Made by a program: the position numbers and the translations under genes | Shown: positions 9,153 through 19,715 of the stretch, one piece after another | Numbering within the stretch: the stretch's first letter is position 1 | Layout of the letters: each line of letters opens with the position of its first letter | Notes under the pieces: generated by a model | Told to the model about the DNA's origin: nothing | The model's database searches: none | The model's input: only the letters and a program-made list of their open reading frames with translations | NCBI GenBank assembly: GCA_963668355.1 | Contig: OY764265.1 | Span: forward strand, 2,464,001-2,528,000 | DNA length: 64,000 nt | Reading direction: 5' to 3' | From: Bdellovibrionota bacterium | GTDB lineage: Bacteria > Bdellovibrionota_G > JALEGL01 > DATDPG01

Positions 9153-10727
9153 ATGACGAATCCGACGATCTCTCAGGCGTTAAAAGGCAATCGCAAAACC
9201 ATGAATTGGGATCTTCTCTTTGAAGAGTTAGGACTGGCCAAAGAAAATGTGGGGGCTTTTCACGGGGAATGGTTCGGTTCAGGAGAGATCCTTAACGTTC
9301 ACACTCCAATCGATGGTTCCGAAATTGGTTCGGTCAAACAATGCACTTCTGAAGAGTATGAAAAGGTATCAGCCAAAGCGCATCAAGCTTTTTTGAAATG
9401 GCGAACGGTTCCGGCCCCGAAACGGGGAGAGGTTGTTCGTCAGATTGGAAACGAGCTTCGAAAGTATAAAGAAGTGTTGGCTGCCTTGGTCACCTTGGAA
9501 ATGGGAAAAATTCGCGCCGAAGGCGAGGGCGAAGTTCAAGAGATGATTGACATCTGTGACTTTGCTGTGGGGCTGTCTCGACAACTTTATGGTTTGTCCA
9601 TGCATTCCGAGCGTCCGGGGCATCGCATGTATGAGCAATGGCATCCACTGGGTGTCGTGGGGATTATCAGCGCCTTTAACTTCCCTGTTGCCGTTTGGTC
9701 TTGGAATGCAGCTTTGGCCTGGGTTTGTGGAGATGCCATTTTGTGGAAACCTTCCAGTCAAACTCCGCTTACGGCCATCGCGTGTACGAAAATTGCGGCC
9801 CGCGTGTTTGAGAGAAATGGCTTTGACCCAGCGTTGTCCAGTTTGGTGATCGGAAAAGGACGAGAAGTGGGTGAAAAGATGTTGCACGACAAACGGGTCC
9901 CTCTGGTCAGTGCCACAGGTTCTTGTCAAATGGGTTATCGCGTGGGCGAGATCGTTGGAAAACGCCTGGGACGTACCATTCTCGAATTAGGTGGGAACAA
10001 CGCCATCGTCGTTTCCAAAGAAGCCGATATGGATATGGCGATTCGAGCCATTCTCTTTGGAGCTGTGGGGACTGCCGGTCAAAGATGCACATCTACTCGA
10101 CGGATTCTCTGTGAAGAATCGGTTTTTGATACGCTCAAGGAGAGGCTTGTCAAAGCGTATGAGCAGGTCAAAATCGGTGATCCTCTTCAAGACGGAACGC
10201 TCATGGGACCGATGGTTGCGACCGGCGAGGTCGATACCATGATGAAGGCGATCGAAAGGCTCAAAAAGGAAGGTGGGCAAGTCATCTATGGAGGTGAAAA
10301 ACTTTCAGGAGATGAAACTCCCGGTGGGCACTATGTGACGCCGTGTATTTGCCAAGCGAAGAATGAATATGAAATTGTTCAAGAAGAAACTTTTGCGCCG
10401 ATTTTGTATTTGATTCCGATCAAGAATATGGAAGAGGCCATGGAGCTTCATAATGATGTTCCTCAAGGACTTTCTTCGGCCATCTTTACGAAGAATCTCT
10501 TGGAAGCCGAAAATTTCTTAAGTGCAGCTGGTAGTGATTGCGGAATCGCCAATGTGAACATCGGCACCAGCGGTGCGGAAATTGGTGGGGCTTTCGGAGG
10601 TGAAAAAGAAACCGGTGGAGGCCGCGAGAGCGGATCTGACTCCTGGAAAGCCTATATGCGAAGACAAACCAACACGATTAACTGGAGCACGGAATTGCCT
10701 CTGGCTCAAGGGATCTCGTTCGGTTAG
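9153..10727 (+). CDS. Aldehyde dehydrogenase, ALDH7/piperideine-6-carboxylate dehydrogenase type
   Basis: SAFNFPVAV, LELGGNNA, GTAGQRCTS, GAEIGGAFGGEKETGGGRESG; GGAG RBS before ATG 9153. Confidence 0.9.
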   Translation: MTNPTISQALKGNRKTMNWDLLFEELGLAKENVGAFHGEWFGSGEILNVHTPIDGSEIGSVKQCTSEEYEKVSAKAHQAFLKWRTVPAPKRGEVVRQIGNELRKYKEVLAALVTLEMGKIRAEGEGEVQEMIDICDFAVGLSRQLYGLSMHSERPGHRMYEQWHPLGVVGIISAFNFPVAVWSWNAALAWVCGDAILWKPSSQTPLTAIACTKIAARVFERNGFDPALSSLVIGKGREVGEKMLHDKRVPLVSATGSCQMGYRVGEIVGKRLGRTILELGGNNAIVVSKEADMDMAIRAILFGAVGTAGQRCTSTRRILCEESVFDTLKERLVKAYEQVKIGDPLQDGTLMGPMVATGEVDTMMKAIERLKKEGGQVIYGGEKLSGDETPGGHYVTPCICQAKNEYEIVQEETFAPILYLIPIKNMEEAMELHNDVPQGLSSAIFTKNLLEAENFLSAAGSDCGIANVNIGTSGAEIGGAFGGEKETGGGRESGSDSWKAYMRRQTNTINWSTELPLAQGISFG

Positions 10728-10739
10728 TCGAACTCCTAA

Positions 10740-10836
10740 GGGAGCGTTGGATAACTAGAGCCGGGAGTCTGGGAAGCATTTCGTTTTCTCTGTCCAATGC
10801 CTCGCGCGTATGTCGTTCAGATCGAAGGAGTGCCTG
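10740..10836. repeat. Diverged partial copy 2 of the 8799 element
   Basis: GGGAGCGTTGGATAACTAG..GGGAGTCTGGGAAGC..CTCGCGCGT matches 8799-8896 with scattered substitutions. Confidence 0.6.
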
Positions 10837-10876
10837 GGGGGTTTCATTTGGTCGAAAATGAGGCTAGAAGGGGGGC

Positions 10877-13156
10877 GTGGAGCCTGTTTTAAGAATCCGG
10901 ATGTGTATTCGAGGAGCCGTTCAGGGCGTGGGATTTCGCCCGAACGTCTACCGGATTGCCACTGAAATGGGCCTAAAGGGATGGGTTAACAATACGGTCC
11001 AAGGGGTTTTGATTGAGGCCGAAGGCTCCAAAAGCACTCTAGAAGAATTTAAGCGGAGGGTGATCCATGACAAACCACCTTTGGCCGTCATTCAAGGTTC
11101 GGAATCGTCTTTTTTGGACCCCGTAGGGTTTGACGTCTTTGAAGTTCAAGAAAGTGAGGGAAGTGGCGAAAAAAGCACATTGGTTTTGCCTGATGTGGCC
11201 ACCTGTCCGGATTGTTTGAAAGAAGTGTTCGATCCCAAGGATCGTCGATATTTATATCCCTTCACAAACTGTACAAACTGTGGGCCGCGTTTCTCCATCA
11301 TTGAAACGCTTCCCTATGACCGAGAACGAACCTCCATGAAAGCTTTTCCCATGTGTTCGTCCTGTCGGGAAGAATATGAAGATCCTTCCAATCGTCGATT
11401 CCACGCACAACCCAATGCCTGTCCGGACTGTGGTCCTCAGTTGGCGTTTTGGAATGCCGAAGGAACGTCTTTGGCCAAGAAGCATGAAGGATTGATGCTC
11501 GCTGTGGATGAACTGAAAAAAGGGCATGTGTTAGCAGTGAAAGGCCTGGGCGGTTTTCACTTAATGGTGGACGCTCGATCTTCGGATGCGATTTCCCGCT
11601 TGAGAACCCGAAAGCATCGTGAAGAAAAACCATTGGCAGTCATGTTCCCAAACATTCAATCCTTGGAGTCCTCGCTTTCAGTTTCCTCCATTGAAAAAGG
11701 GCTCTTGGAGGGCCCGGAGTGTCCGATCGTTTTGCTTTCCAAAAAAGACAATATGGAGATTTCCGAAAAGGTTTCTCCACAAAACCCAACGGTAGGCGCT
11801 TTTCTCCCCTACACGCCATTACACCACATTCTTCTTCAGGAATTTGGGTTTCCGGTGGTTGCAACGAGCGCCAATCATACCGATGAACCCATCTGTACAG
11901 ATGAACAGGAAGCTTTGAAACGTTTGTCGGAAATTGCGGATGCCTACTTGATTCATGATCGTCCCATCGTGCGATATGTGGATGATTCCATTGCTCGCGT
12001 CATGGCGAAACGACCCATGTTGCTGAGGCGGGCGCGTGGTTATGCTCCGTTACCCGTTCAAGAAATTGAAAGCGATCACGAGGTCTTGGCATTGGGAGCG
12101 CATCTGAAAAACACGATCAGCTTTTCGCGAAAAGGAAATGTTTTCTTGAGTCACCACTTGGGAGATCTTGAAAATTCTAAAGCCATTGCCGCGTTTCAGA
12201 ATACGGTGGAAAGTTTGCCGAGTCTTTATGACCAAAAAATTTCCCATGTCGTTTGTGACTTACATCCTGATTATTTCAGCTCGCAATATGCAACGAAACT
12301 GAATTTGCCGATCCAAAGGATTCAACATCATTATGCCCATGTTCGTTCCTGCATGACTGACAATGACTTGCAGTCACCTGTTCTCGGGGTTGCATGGGAT
12401 GGAACGGGACTGGGCACGGACCGAACCATTTGGGGGAGCGAATTTTTGACGGTGAATGAAGGAGGGTGGAAACGGGTCGGTCATATTCGTTCTTTTTCCT
12501 TGCCGGGGGGAGATGCCTCCGCCCGAAAACCGAATCGTGTGGCCATGGGTTTGTTGAACGAAATCTTGGGGAAGGAGGCGTTCGTTCGAAAGTCTCGCTC
12601 GCTTGAATCGATGGACGCTCAAAATTTGGGAATGCTTTCTTCCATGTTTGAAAAACAGCTTCAGTGTGTGCCTACGACCAGCATGGGACGTTTGTTTGAT
12701 GCCGTTGCTTCCTTGATTGGATTGCGGCAATCTTGCTCCTTCGAAGGACAGGCTGCGATGGAATTGGAATTTGCCGCATCCAAAGCAGATGAAAAGGAAT
12801 GTCCAACCTACTCACTGGACCTGAGAGAGTCTCCGGATTCTGAGGGGGCGCTCATTCTGGATTGGGAAACCCTGGTGAAAAGAATTTTGGAGGATGCGGC
12901 CCAGGGAGTTGAAATTGGGGCGATGGCCCAGGGGTTTCACAAGGCCTTGGTGGAGGGAATCGTCTCGGTTGCCAAACATCAAGGTATGGAGAAAGTGTTA
13001 CTTACGGGAGGCTGTTTTCAGAACAAATTTTTAACAGAGCACGCCATTTTGAGGTTGAAGGAAAGTGGTTTTCAGCCATATTGGCACCAACGAATCCCTC
13101 CGAATGATGGTGGAATCTCGGTGGGACAATTGATGGCGGGGATTGAGGAAGAATAA
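10877..13156 (+). CDS. hypF: Carbamoyltransferase HypF
   Basis: Acylphosphatase GAVQGVGFRP, zinc fingers CPDC/CTNC, HHYAH, PPNDGGIS. Confidence 0.97.
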   Translation: MEPVLRIRMCIRGAVQGVGFRPNVYRIATEMGLKGWVNNTVQGVLIEAEGSKSTLEEFKRRVIHDKPPLAVIQGSESSFLDPVGFDVFEVQESEGSGEKSTLVLPDVATCPDCLKEVFDPKDRRYLYPFTNCTNCGPRFSIIETLPYDRERTSMKAFPMCSSCREEYEDPSNRRFHAQPNACPDCGPQLAFWNAEGTSLAKKHEGLMLAVDELKKGHVLAVKGLGGFHLMVDARSSDAISRLRTRKHREEKPLAVMFPNIQSLESSLSVSSIEKGLLEGPECPIVLLSKKDNMEISEKVSPQNPTVGAFLPYTPLHHILLQEFGFPVVATSANHTDEPICTDEQEALKRLSEIADAYLIHDRPIVRYVDDSIARVMAKRPMLLRRARGYAPLPVQEIESDHEVLALGAHLKNTISFSRKGNVFLSHHLGDLENSKAIAAFQNTVESLPSLYDQKISHVVCDLHPDYFSSQYATKLNLPIQRIQHHYAHVRSCMTDNDLQSPVLGVAWDGTGLGTDRTIWGSEFLTVNEGGWKRVGHIRSFSLPGGDASARKPNRVAMGLLNEILGKEAFVRKSRSLESMDAQNLGMLSSMFEKQLQCVPTTSMGRLFDAVASLIGLRQSCSFEGQAAMELEFAASKADEKECPTYSLDLRESPDSEGALILDWETLVKRILEDAAQGVEIGAMAQGFHKALVEGIVSVAKHQGMEKVLLTGGCFQNKFLTEHAILRLKESGFQPYWHQRIPPNDGGISVGQLMAGIEEE

Positions 13157-13157
13157 T

Positions 13158-13412
13158 ATGTGTCTAGCGGTACCTGGTCAGATTAAAGAGATTGTCGTGG
13201 AAGATGAATTGGCTCGAACGGGAAAGGTCGATTTCAATGGAATCATTAAAGAAGTAAATCTTTCCTATGTTCCTGAGGCGAAGGTGGGTGAGTTTGTCAT
13301 CGTACATGTAGGATTTGCCATCAGCGTGGTCGATGAGGAAGAGGCTCACGAGACGTTGAGATACTTCGAAGAATTAAATGAACTACAGGATTTGATGGAG
13401 AAGGATGAATGA
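13158..13412 (+). CDS. hypC: Hydrogenase chaperone HypC
   Basis: MCLAVPG N-terminus, VHVGFA. Confidence 0.97.
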   Translation: MCLAVPGQIKEIVVEDELARTGKVDFNGIIKEVNLSYVPEAKVGEFVIVHVGFAISVVDEEEAHETLRYFEELNELQDLMEKDE

Positions 13413-14500
13413 AGTTCATTGATGAATATCGGAATCCTGACTTGGCCAAACGAGTGGTCGAGGCCATTCATCGAGATACAAAGGGAAAATGGTCTTTGAT
13501 GGAGGTCTGCGGGGGCCAAACGCATACCATTGTGAAATACGGCATCGATGAACTCATTCCAGATTCCATTACATTGATACATGGACCGGGATGTCCGGTT
13601 TGTGTCACGCCGGTTGAGCAAATTGATAAAGGGATCGAGATTGCCGCTAAACCCAATGTTATTTTTTGTACATTTGGTGACATGATGCGTGTTCCTGGTT
13701 CTCAAACAGATCTTCGTGCAACGAAAGCCTCTGGGGGAGACGTACGCATTGTGTACTCCCCTTTGGATGCCTTGAGATTAGCCAAAGAAAATCCAGATAA
13801 AGAAGTAGTTTTCTTTGCTGTGGGTTTTGAAACAACGGCTCCTGCAAACGCGATGACAGTGGCGCAAGCAAAACGAGAAGGCATTGAGAATTTCTCTCTT
13901 CTCGTGTCACAAGTCATGGTTCCACCGGCTATGGAGGCCGTTCTTTCTTCTCCGGCCAATCGTGTGAACGGGTTTTTGGCTGCTGGGCATGTTTGTACGG
14001 TGATGGGAATGGATGAATATTTTCCTATTTCCAAAAAATATCGAGTTCCCATTGTCGTCACGGGGTTTGAACCCATGGATATTCTCCAGGGGATTCATAT
14101 GTGTGTGAAACAGCTGGAATCAAATCAATTTGACGTCGAAAATCAATATTCGCGATCCGTTTCTGGAAAAGGAAACCTTCCAGCTCGGGAGATGATTCAA
14201 AAGATTTTCAAAATCATTCCTCGAAAATGGAGAGGCATTGGAGATATTCCACAGAGTGGTCTGGGCTTGTCAGAAAGCTACCAAGCCTTTGATGCAGAAA
14301 ACCGGTTTGGGGTTGCGGATAAACACGTAGAAGAGAATACGGAATGCATCTCCGGATTGGTTTTGCAGGGTGAGAAGAAACCTCACGAGTGTCGCTTATT
14401 TGGAAACAAATGCACGCCAGATACTCCGATCGGAGCGACGATGGTGTCGGGTGAGGGGGCTTGCGCTGCATATTACCACTATAGAGGTTTGAAACACTGA
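13409..14500 (+). CDS. hypD: Hydrogenase maturation protein HypD
   Basis: [30 protein letters not shown]. Confidence 0.97.
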   Translation: MKFIDEYRNPDLAKRVVEAIHRDTKGKWSLMEVCGGQTHTIVKYGIDELIPDSITLIHGPGCPVCVTPVEQIDKGIEIAAKPNVIFCTFGDMMRVPGSQTDLRATKASGGDVRIVYSPLDALRLAKENPDKEVVFFAVGFETTAPANAMTVAQAKREGIENFSLLVSQVMVPPAMEAVLSSPANRVNGFLAAGHVCTVMGMDEYFPISKKYRVPIVVTGFEPMDILQGIHMCVKQLESNQFDVENQYSRSVSGKGNLPAREMIQKIFKIIPRKWRGIGDIPQSGLGLSESYQAFDAENRFGVADKHVEENTECISGLVLQGEKKPHECRLFGNKCTPDTPIGATMVSGEGACAAYYHYRGLKH

Positions 14501-14562
14501 GAAATGAAAAAGGTTCAGAACGTGCATCACTTTTTTGGTACTAACGACTCTGGAGTCATTTT

Positions 14563-15594
14563 ATGAACTGTCCCATTCCTTTGAGCGAATATCCTCATAT
14601 TCTTTTGGCGCATGGAGGCGGGGGGCGTCTCATGCAGAACCTCATTCAAAAAATGTTTGCAGATGTTTTTGCTTCTTCCTCTTTGAGTGAACTTCATGAT
14701 GGTGCGGTATTGGAAAATCCGGGAAAACGCTTGGCATTCACAACGGATTCTTTTGTTGTGCAACCGTTATTTTTTCCCGGAGGAGACATCGGGAAAATTG
14801 CCATTTGTGGAACCGTTAACGATCTGGCCATGTGTGGGGCAAAACCACTTTTTTTGAGTGTTGGAATGATTCTCGAGGAAGGTTTTTCCATGGAAACGCT
14901 TTGGGAAGTTGTCCAAAGCATGAAAGTCTCCGCCGACCAAGCGGGCGTTCAGATTGTCACGGGGGATACCAAGGTCGTTGAAAAGGGGAAGGGCGATGGC
15001 ATTTTTATCAACACCTCTGGAATTGGAGTGATCGAACACGAGACGGTGATTTCTCCCTCTTCCATTCAACCTGGAGATAAAATCGTTCTGAGTGGGGATA
15101 TTGGTCGACACGGCATGGCGATCATGGCGAAGAGAGAAAACCTAACTTTTGAGTCTGAGATTCAAAGTGATGTGAATCCACTTCATGAACCGGCTCTGGA
15201 TTTGTTGAGACATGGCCTTGATGTGAAATGTTTGAGAGATGCCACCCGTGGTGGAGTGGCTTCGGTTTTAAACGAGTTGGCTCAAAGCAGAGAACTTGAT
15301 GTGGAAATTGAAGAAGGGGCGTACGTCGTTCACCCCGATGTGCGAGGTGCATGTGAGATTCTGGGGTTAGACCCATTGTATGTTGCGAATGAGGGAACGT
15401 TCGTTGCCGTGGTTTCTAAAAAAGACTCAGACAAAGCCGTTGAAATCTTAAAAAAGCATAAAGAATGTCAACAGGCTAGCCTCGTGGGCACGGTTCAAGA
15501 ATCCACGGGGGGTCTTCTGTTTCTCAGAAACGCTTTTGGAACGAAGCGCATCGTTCAAATGCTAAGTGGAGAGCAATTGCCTCGAATCTGCTAA
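14563..15594 (+). CDS. hypE: Hydrogenase maturation protein HypE
   Basis: AHGGGG, TTDSFVV, RDATRGG, C-terminal PRIC. Confidence 0.97.
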   Translation: MNCPIPLSEYPHILLAHGGGGRLMQNLIQKMFADVFASSSLSELHDGAVLENPGKRLAFTTDSFVVQPLFFPGGDIGKIAICGTVNDLAMCGAKPLFLSVGMILEEGFSMETLWEVVQSMKVSADQAGVQIVTGDTKVVEKGKGDGIFINTSGIGVIEHETVISPSSIQPGDKIVLSGDIGRHGMAIMAKRENLTFESEIQSDVNPLHEPALDLLRHGLDVKCLRDATRGGVASVLNELAQSRELDVEIEEGAYVVHPDVRGACEILGLDPLYVANEGTFVAVVSKKDSDKAVEILKKHKECQQASLVGTVQESTGGLLFLRNAFGTKRIVQMLSGEQLPRIC

Positions 15595-15609
15595 GCGTCG
15601 ACGGCTCTT

Positions 15610-17064
15610 CTACTTTTTGGCATTGACCTTGCTGAGCAAGGTTTGAATGACATCCGAAGCCGAAAAGGAAAGATTCCCCGATTTGAAAAAACGAGAAATA
15701 TTATTCACATCATTCCCAATGGTGATCAGGGGTTTTTCAATGTAACCGGATTTTTGTTGTTGGGGGTATCCCACATTGGTCATCAGGGCATTGCATAAAC
15801 ATTTTCGACCCTTGGTTTCCTCAACGGTTCCACCTTTCGCCACATAGTCACTGACAGGTTCTGCCGCACACCGGTATCCGAGCGTTCCATTTTCTTTTTT
15901 ATAGGGCTGTCGAAGATATCCCAGGTCGCATATTCGCGGCCGCTTTTGATACTCATCGGGTTCCGAGTTGGTTTTCGAAATCCGAGCGACTTTAAAAGGA
16001 AAACCGGTGGGGGAGGCTTTGGCATCGGTGACGACGTCCACCTGCCTGGAGCTGGCTCTGTCCAGCAAAGTGTTTCTAAGGTCGTCGGTCAAGCCGGACT
16101 CTTGGCAAAGAGCAAACGGGGTTCCCACCTGAATACCGGAAGCACCTTCCTGTATGGCCTGTTCAAGGGCCTCAGGACTTCCATAGGAACCGGCCAGCCA
16201 AAAAGGCTTTCCAAGCTCACGAAATCCGCTCAGAAGCACTTCGTCTTTTTGACCATAAACGGGCTCTCCCCGTTCATTAATGGGGTATTTCCCTCGGGGA
16301 GGGGCATTGTGTCCTCCGGCCGTTGCTCCCTCCACAATAAAACCATCAATACAACCGGAAGATTTCTTCAGAAGAGATTTGGCCAAGGCCACGGACGAAA
16401 CGATGGCCAGAAACTTTGGACGATTTAACTTTTCTTTAACTTTTTCAATGATGTCTTTGGGGGAAAATTTCACATGAAAGGCGTCGGAGACGCTGCCTCC
16501 CAATACGGGCAAGGACAGCTTTGCCATCTTGTGTTGAGAAAATAGATCCAGCACTTTTGGAATCTCACGAGGAATGCCTGCTCCCATCAAAACGTAGTCC
16601 ACCTTGGCTAACATCGCCCCATAGATGCTCGAAAGATTGACCATCTGAAGTTTCTCCAGGTAGTTAATTCCAACCTTTCCCTTGTGACCTTCTTTCGCCA
16701 AAAACACTTCCACGAAATTGGAAACCACCGTCAATTCTCGAAGCTCTTTTGACAGGGTTTGCTTGATCATGCTGGCTCTGGCAAAGGGCTTGTTTGCTTC
16801 CAGCCCTTCCGGCGAAAAATATTTCTTTAAAATTTGTTCGACCATTTCTGGGACTGGAAATTGCTCCATGGCGCGTCGGATATGCCCCCCTGGGTCTCCA
16901 CTTTGAAGTCGTCGAATCATCAGAGAGTCTAAGCAGGATCCGGAGACCACCCCCAGTTGGCCTAGAGAAGACACTGCCTTGGCCAAAGTCCAATTGGATA
17001 CACCAACCCCCATTCCTCCTTGGATGATCATAGGCTCAAAATGAGAAGCTAACGTGGTGGTCAT
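15610..17064 (-). CDS. Nitronate monooxygenase-family flavoprotein (long form with C-terminal Cys motifs)
   Basis: IIQGGMGVGVS, GAGIP, EGATAGGHN, GIQVGT. Confidence 0.85.
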   Translation of the reverse strand: MTTTLASHFEPMIIQGGMGVGVSNWTLAKAVSSLGQLGVVSGSCLDSLMIRRLQSGDPGGHIRRAMEQFPVPEMVEQILKKYFSPEGLEANKPFARASMIKQTLSKELRELTVVSNFVEVFLAKEGHKGKVGINYLEKLQMVNLSSIYGAMLAKVDYVLMGAGIPREIPKVLDLFSQHKMAKLSLPVLGGSVSDAFHVKFSPKDIIEKVKEKLNRPKFLAIVSSVALAKSLLKKSSGCIDGFIVEGATAGGHNAPPRGKYPINERGEPVYGQKDEVLLSGFRELGKPFWLAGSYGSPEALEQAIQEGASGIQVGTPFALCQESGLTDDLRNTLLDRASSRQVDVVTDAKASPTGFPFKVARISKTNSEPDEYQKRPRICDLGYLRQPYKKENGTLGYRCAAEPVSDYVAKGGTVEETKGRKCLCNALMTNVGYPQQQKSGYIEKPLITIGNDVNNISRFFKSGNLSFSASDVIQTLLSKVNAKK

Positions 17065-17263
17065 AGTGGTATTGCTCTACTTTATTTCAAAATTCACGCG
17101 AGAATGGATTCGCTGTTTTGCCACAAAACGTTTGCGAATCATATGTTTTTTTGAAAACTTTCAAAGGCTTAAGCTTCCTAAACTCACTGGAGCCCATTCT
17201 TTTGAAGGGCTCAATCTTGATAAACTAGTATTTTACGACGACTTTTAGAGAAAAAGCAAAAAA

Positions 17264-17279
17264 CATGATTAAAATCATG
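17264..17279. promoter_or_regulatory. Crp/Fnr-like palindrome
   Basis: CATGAT-TAAA-ATCATG in the divergent NMO/feoA intergenic region. Confidence 0.5.
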
Positions 17280-17330
17280 AAAAAACATGAATAGTCATCC
17301 TAAAGGGTAAGTCCAAAGCGGAGAAGAGGC

Positions 17331-17379
17331 TTGTCCTGAAAAATGGAACGTGGTAAAATGATATTGATAATTGTTATCA
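17331..17379 (+). promoter_or_regulatory. Sigma70 promoter plus Fur box upstream of feoAB
   Basis: TTGTCC-N17-TAAAAT with TG extension; TGATAAT-T-GTTATCA (17365-17379) has one mismatch to the 7-1-7 Fur box. Confidence 0.75.
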
Positions 17380-17390
17380 GTTATGTTTAG

Positions 17391-17618
17391 GTGGCGGAAG
17401 ATATGAACTTGGAAACAGTTAAAGCGGGATTTGAGGGCGTGGTTCAATCCATTTCGGGCGAAAATGTGATTGTGTCTCGATTGTACGAATTGGGATTTTT
17501 ACCCGGCGAAAAAATTCGGGTGGTCATGAAAGCCCTCTTTGGCGGTCCTGTTGTGGTGAGTGTGCGCGGGACATCTGTTGCGCTCAGACGCAGCGAGGCT
17601 GTTTGCATCAAAGTGTGA
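17391..17618 (+). CDS. feoA: Ferrous iron transport protein A
   Basis: RLYELGFLPG, GGPVVVSVRG, ALRRSEA. Confidence 0.92.
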   Translation: MAEDMNLETVKAGFEGVVQSISGENVIVSRLYELGFLPGEKIRVVMKALFGGPVVVSVRGTSVALRRSEAVCIKV

Positions 17619-17631
17619 ATGCTTTTCTTCC

Positions 17632-19566
17632 GTGACTCAACCCCTTCCGACATTCAGTGAGAAACCAAAATCGGATTCCGGGTTCGTGGCCCTGGTGGGA
17701 TGTCCCAACTCCGGCAAGACCACGTTATTCAACCGTTTGACGCTTAGCCAATGCCAAGCCGTCAACTATCCTGGGGCCACGGTCGACTACTGTCATGGCT
17801 CTTTGGCTGCGAAATTTGGGGGACCATTGGAGATGGTGGATACCCCAGGCACTTACTCCCTGTTTCCCAAATCTCCTGAAGAGCAGGTTGCGAAAAATGT
17901 CTTATATGATCGTCCGGGAGTCGGTCCGGCTCAGTTGGTGGTGGTTGTTGTCGACTCGACGCAGCTGTCTCGTCATCTCTTCTTGGTCGAACAGTTGAGA
18001 GAAGCCTCTTTTCGGTTGGTGGTGGCTTTGACAATGTCCGATATCCTCCAAAAGAACGAAGAACAAATCGATGAGCGAAGATTGTCTGAACATTTAGGTT
18101 GCCCGGTCGTGTCGGTCTCTGGTGCCACAGGTGAGGGCATGGAAGACTTGGCAGATTGCATTCGGAAAGAATTTGAAAAACCCATTCCTTCTTCTCCTGT
18201 GGATATTCCGAATTGGACCGTGACCAAAGCAGAGGAGGTTCTTCAGAGATTGGGAATTCTTGCGCAGTCGGTTCGGGTTTCGAACTCCGAGAACCTAGAT
18301 TTGTCAAAATCCAAGAAGGATACAACGGCTTGGTTGGATGGATTCCTCCTGCATCGAATTTGGGGAGGCATCATCTTTGTGGGGATCATGGCCCTCATTT
18401 TTTCATCCATTTTTTGGGCGGCTACGCCCTTGATGGAATGGGTGGATACCGGTTTTAGTTGGTTGGCCGATTGGGTAGTTTCCCGCTCGCCCGATTCTCT
18501 CTGGGCGGATTTATTGGGCAATGGGGTGATTGCGAGTTTTGGTGCCGTTTTGGTATTTGTGCCCCAAGTGGCGATTCTCTTTATGGGGATCACCTTGTTG
18601 GAAGATAGTGGGTATTTGGCTAGGGCCGCTTCGATCATTGATCGACCCCTTTCCCAAATTGGATTGAATGGAAGGTCGTTTGTTCCTTTGTTATCCGGCT
18701 ATGCTTGCGCCATCCCGGCCATGTTGGCTGCCAGAACCATCTCCAGCCGAAAAGAGCGATGGCTGACGTTGTTCATCATTCCGCTGATGAGCTGCAGTGC
18801 TCGTTTACCTGTTTATGCGTTGTTGTTGGCTTTTCTCTTTGTGGATGCTCCTGCTTGGCAACCGGGACTGATTTTGGCGTTCATTTATTTGTCGTCTTTG
18901 GTGGTCGGAAGTTTGGTTGCCGCTTTGGTCAATCGGATGGTGAAATTTGAAGGACCGTCCTTTTTTCTCATGGAACTTCCCAAGTATCGTAAGCCGCAAT
19001 GGAGTACCGTTTTAAAGAATGTTCAGTTAAAGACCACGCTTTATGTCAAAAAAGCTGGCCCGCCCATTTTTATTTTTGCGATTGTCTTTTGGGCCTTATC
19101 CACGTTTCCAAATTTTAAAGCGGAAGATCCAAACGTACAGTTGAAAGACAGTTATGCGGCCCAAATGGGCCGTGTCATCGAACCGGTTATGGAACCCTTG
19201 GGCGGCGATTGGCGAACGGGGACAGCTTTAATTTCCGCATTTACGGCAAGGGAAGTGTTTGTCTCGGCTTTAGTGATCGTATTCAATGTTTCTGGAGACT
19301 CCGATGAATCCATTCAGACCGGCTTGCTCAATCGAATGCGAGAAGCCAGGGGGAGGGACGGGTATCCTCTGTTTACCACTTCCTCGATCATTGGGTTGTT
19401 GATCTTTTTCATGATTTCCCTGCAGTGCATTGCCACCGTTGGAGTGGCTCGGAGGGAGTTTGGAAATTGGCATATGCCCGTGATTCAACTCGTGGCGTTC
19501 AATCTTCTGGGGTACGCGTTGGCGGTTCTGGCCGTTCAGGGACTGAGGGCTTTCGGCGTCGCATAA
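17632..19566 (+). CDS. feoB: Ferrous iron transporter B
   Basis: GCPNSGKT, NYPGATV, DTPG, EDSGYLAR, CSARLPVY; start uncertain (GTG 17632). Confidence 0.95.
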   Translation: MTQPLPTFSEKPKSDSGFVALVGCPNSGKTTLFNRLTLSQCQAVNYPGATVDYCHGSLAAKFGGPLEMVDTPGTYSLFPKSPEEQVAKNVLYDRPGVGPAQLVVVVVDSTQLSRHLFLVEQLREASFRLVVALTMSDILQKNEEQIDERRLSEHLGCPVVSVSGATGEGMEDLADCIRKEFEKPIPSSPVDIPNWTVTKAEEVLQRLGILAQSVRVSNSENLDLSKSKKDTTAWLDGFLLHRIWGGIIFVGIMALIFSSIFWAATPLMEWVDTGFSWLADWVVSRSPDSLWADLLGNGVIASFGAVLVFVPQVAILFMGITLLEDSGYLARAASIIDRPLSQIGLNGRSFVPLLSGYACAIPAMLAARTISSRKERWLTLFIIPLMSCSARLPVYALLLAFLFVDAPAWQPGLILAFIYLSSLVVGSLVAALVNRMVKFEGPSFFLMELPKYRKPQWSTVLKNVQLKTTLYVKKAGPPIFIFAIVFWALSTFPNFKAEDPNVQLKDSYAAQMGRVIEPVMEPLGGDWRTGTALISAFTAREVFVSALVIVFNVSGDSDESIQTGLLNRMREARGRDGYPLFTTSSIIGLLIFFMISLQCIATVGVARREFGNWHMPVIQLVAFNLLGYALAVLAVQGLRAFGVA

Positions 19567-19715
19567 AATCCATGGGGTTTCAATAGGTTACCCATTCAAA
19601 AAGCAAAAATTAATTCTCAAAACCTGATTCAGAACAGTTTTTTATGCCTTTAACGAGGTATATCTTTAACCTAGTTAATGAATGTTTTTTTGGAAATGAG
19701 AGCCGGGGCGTTTGA

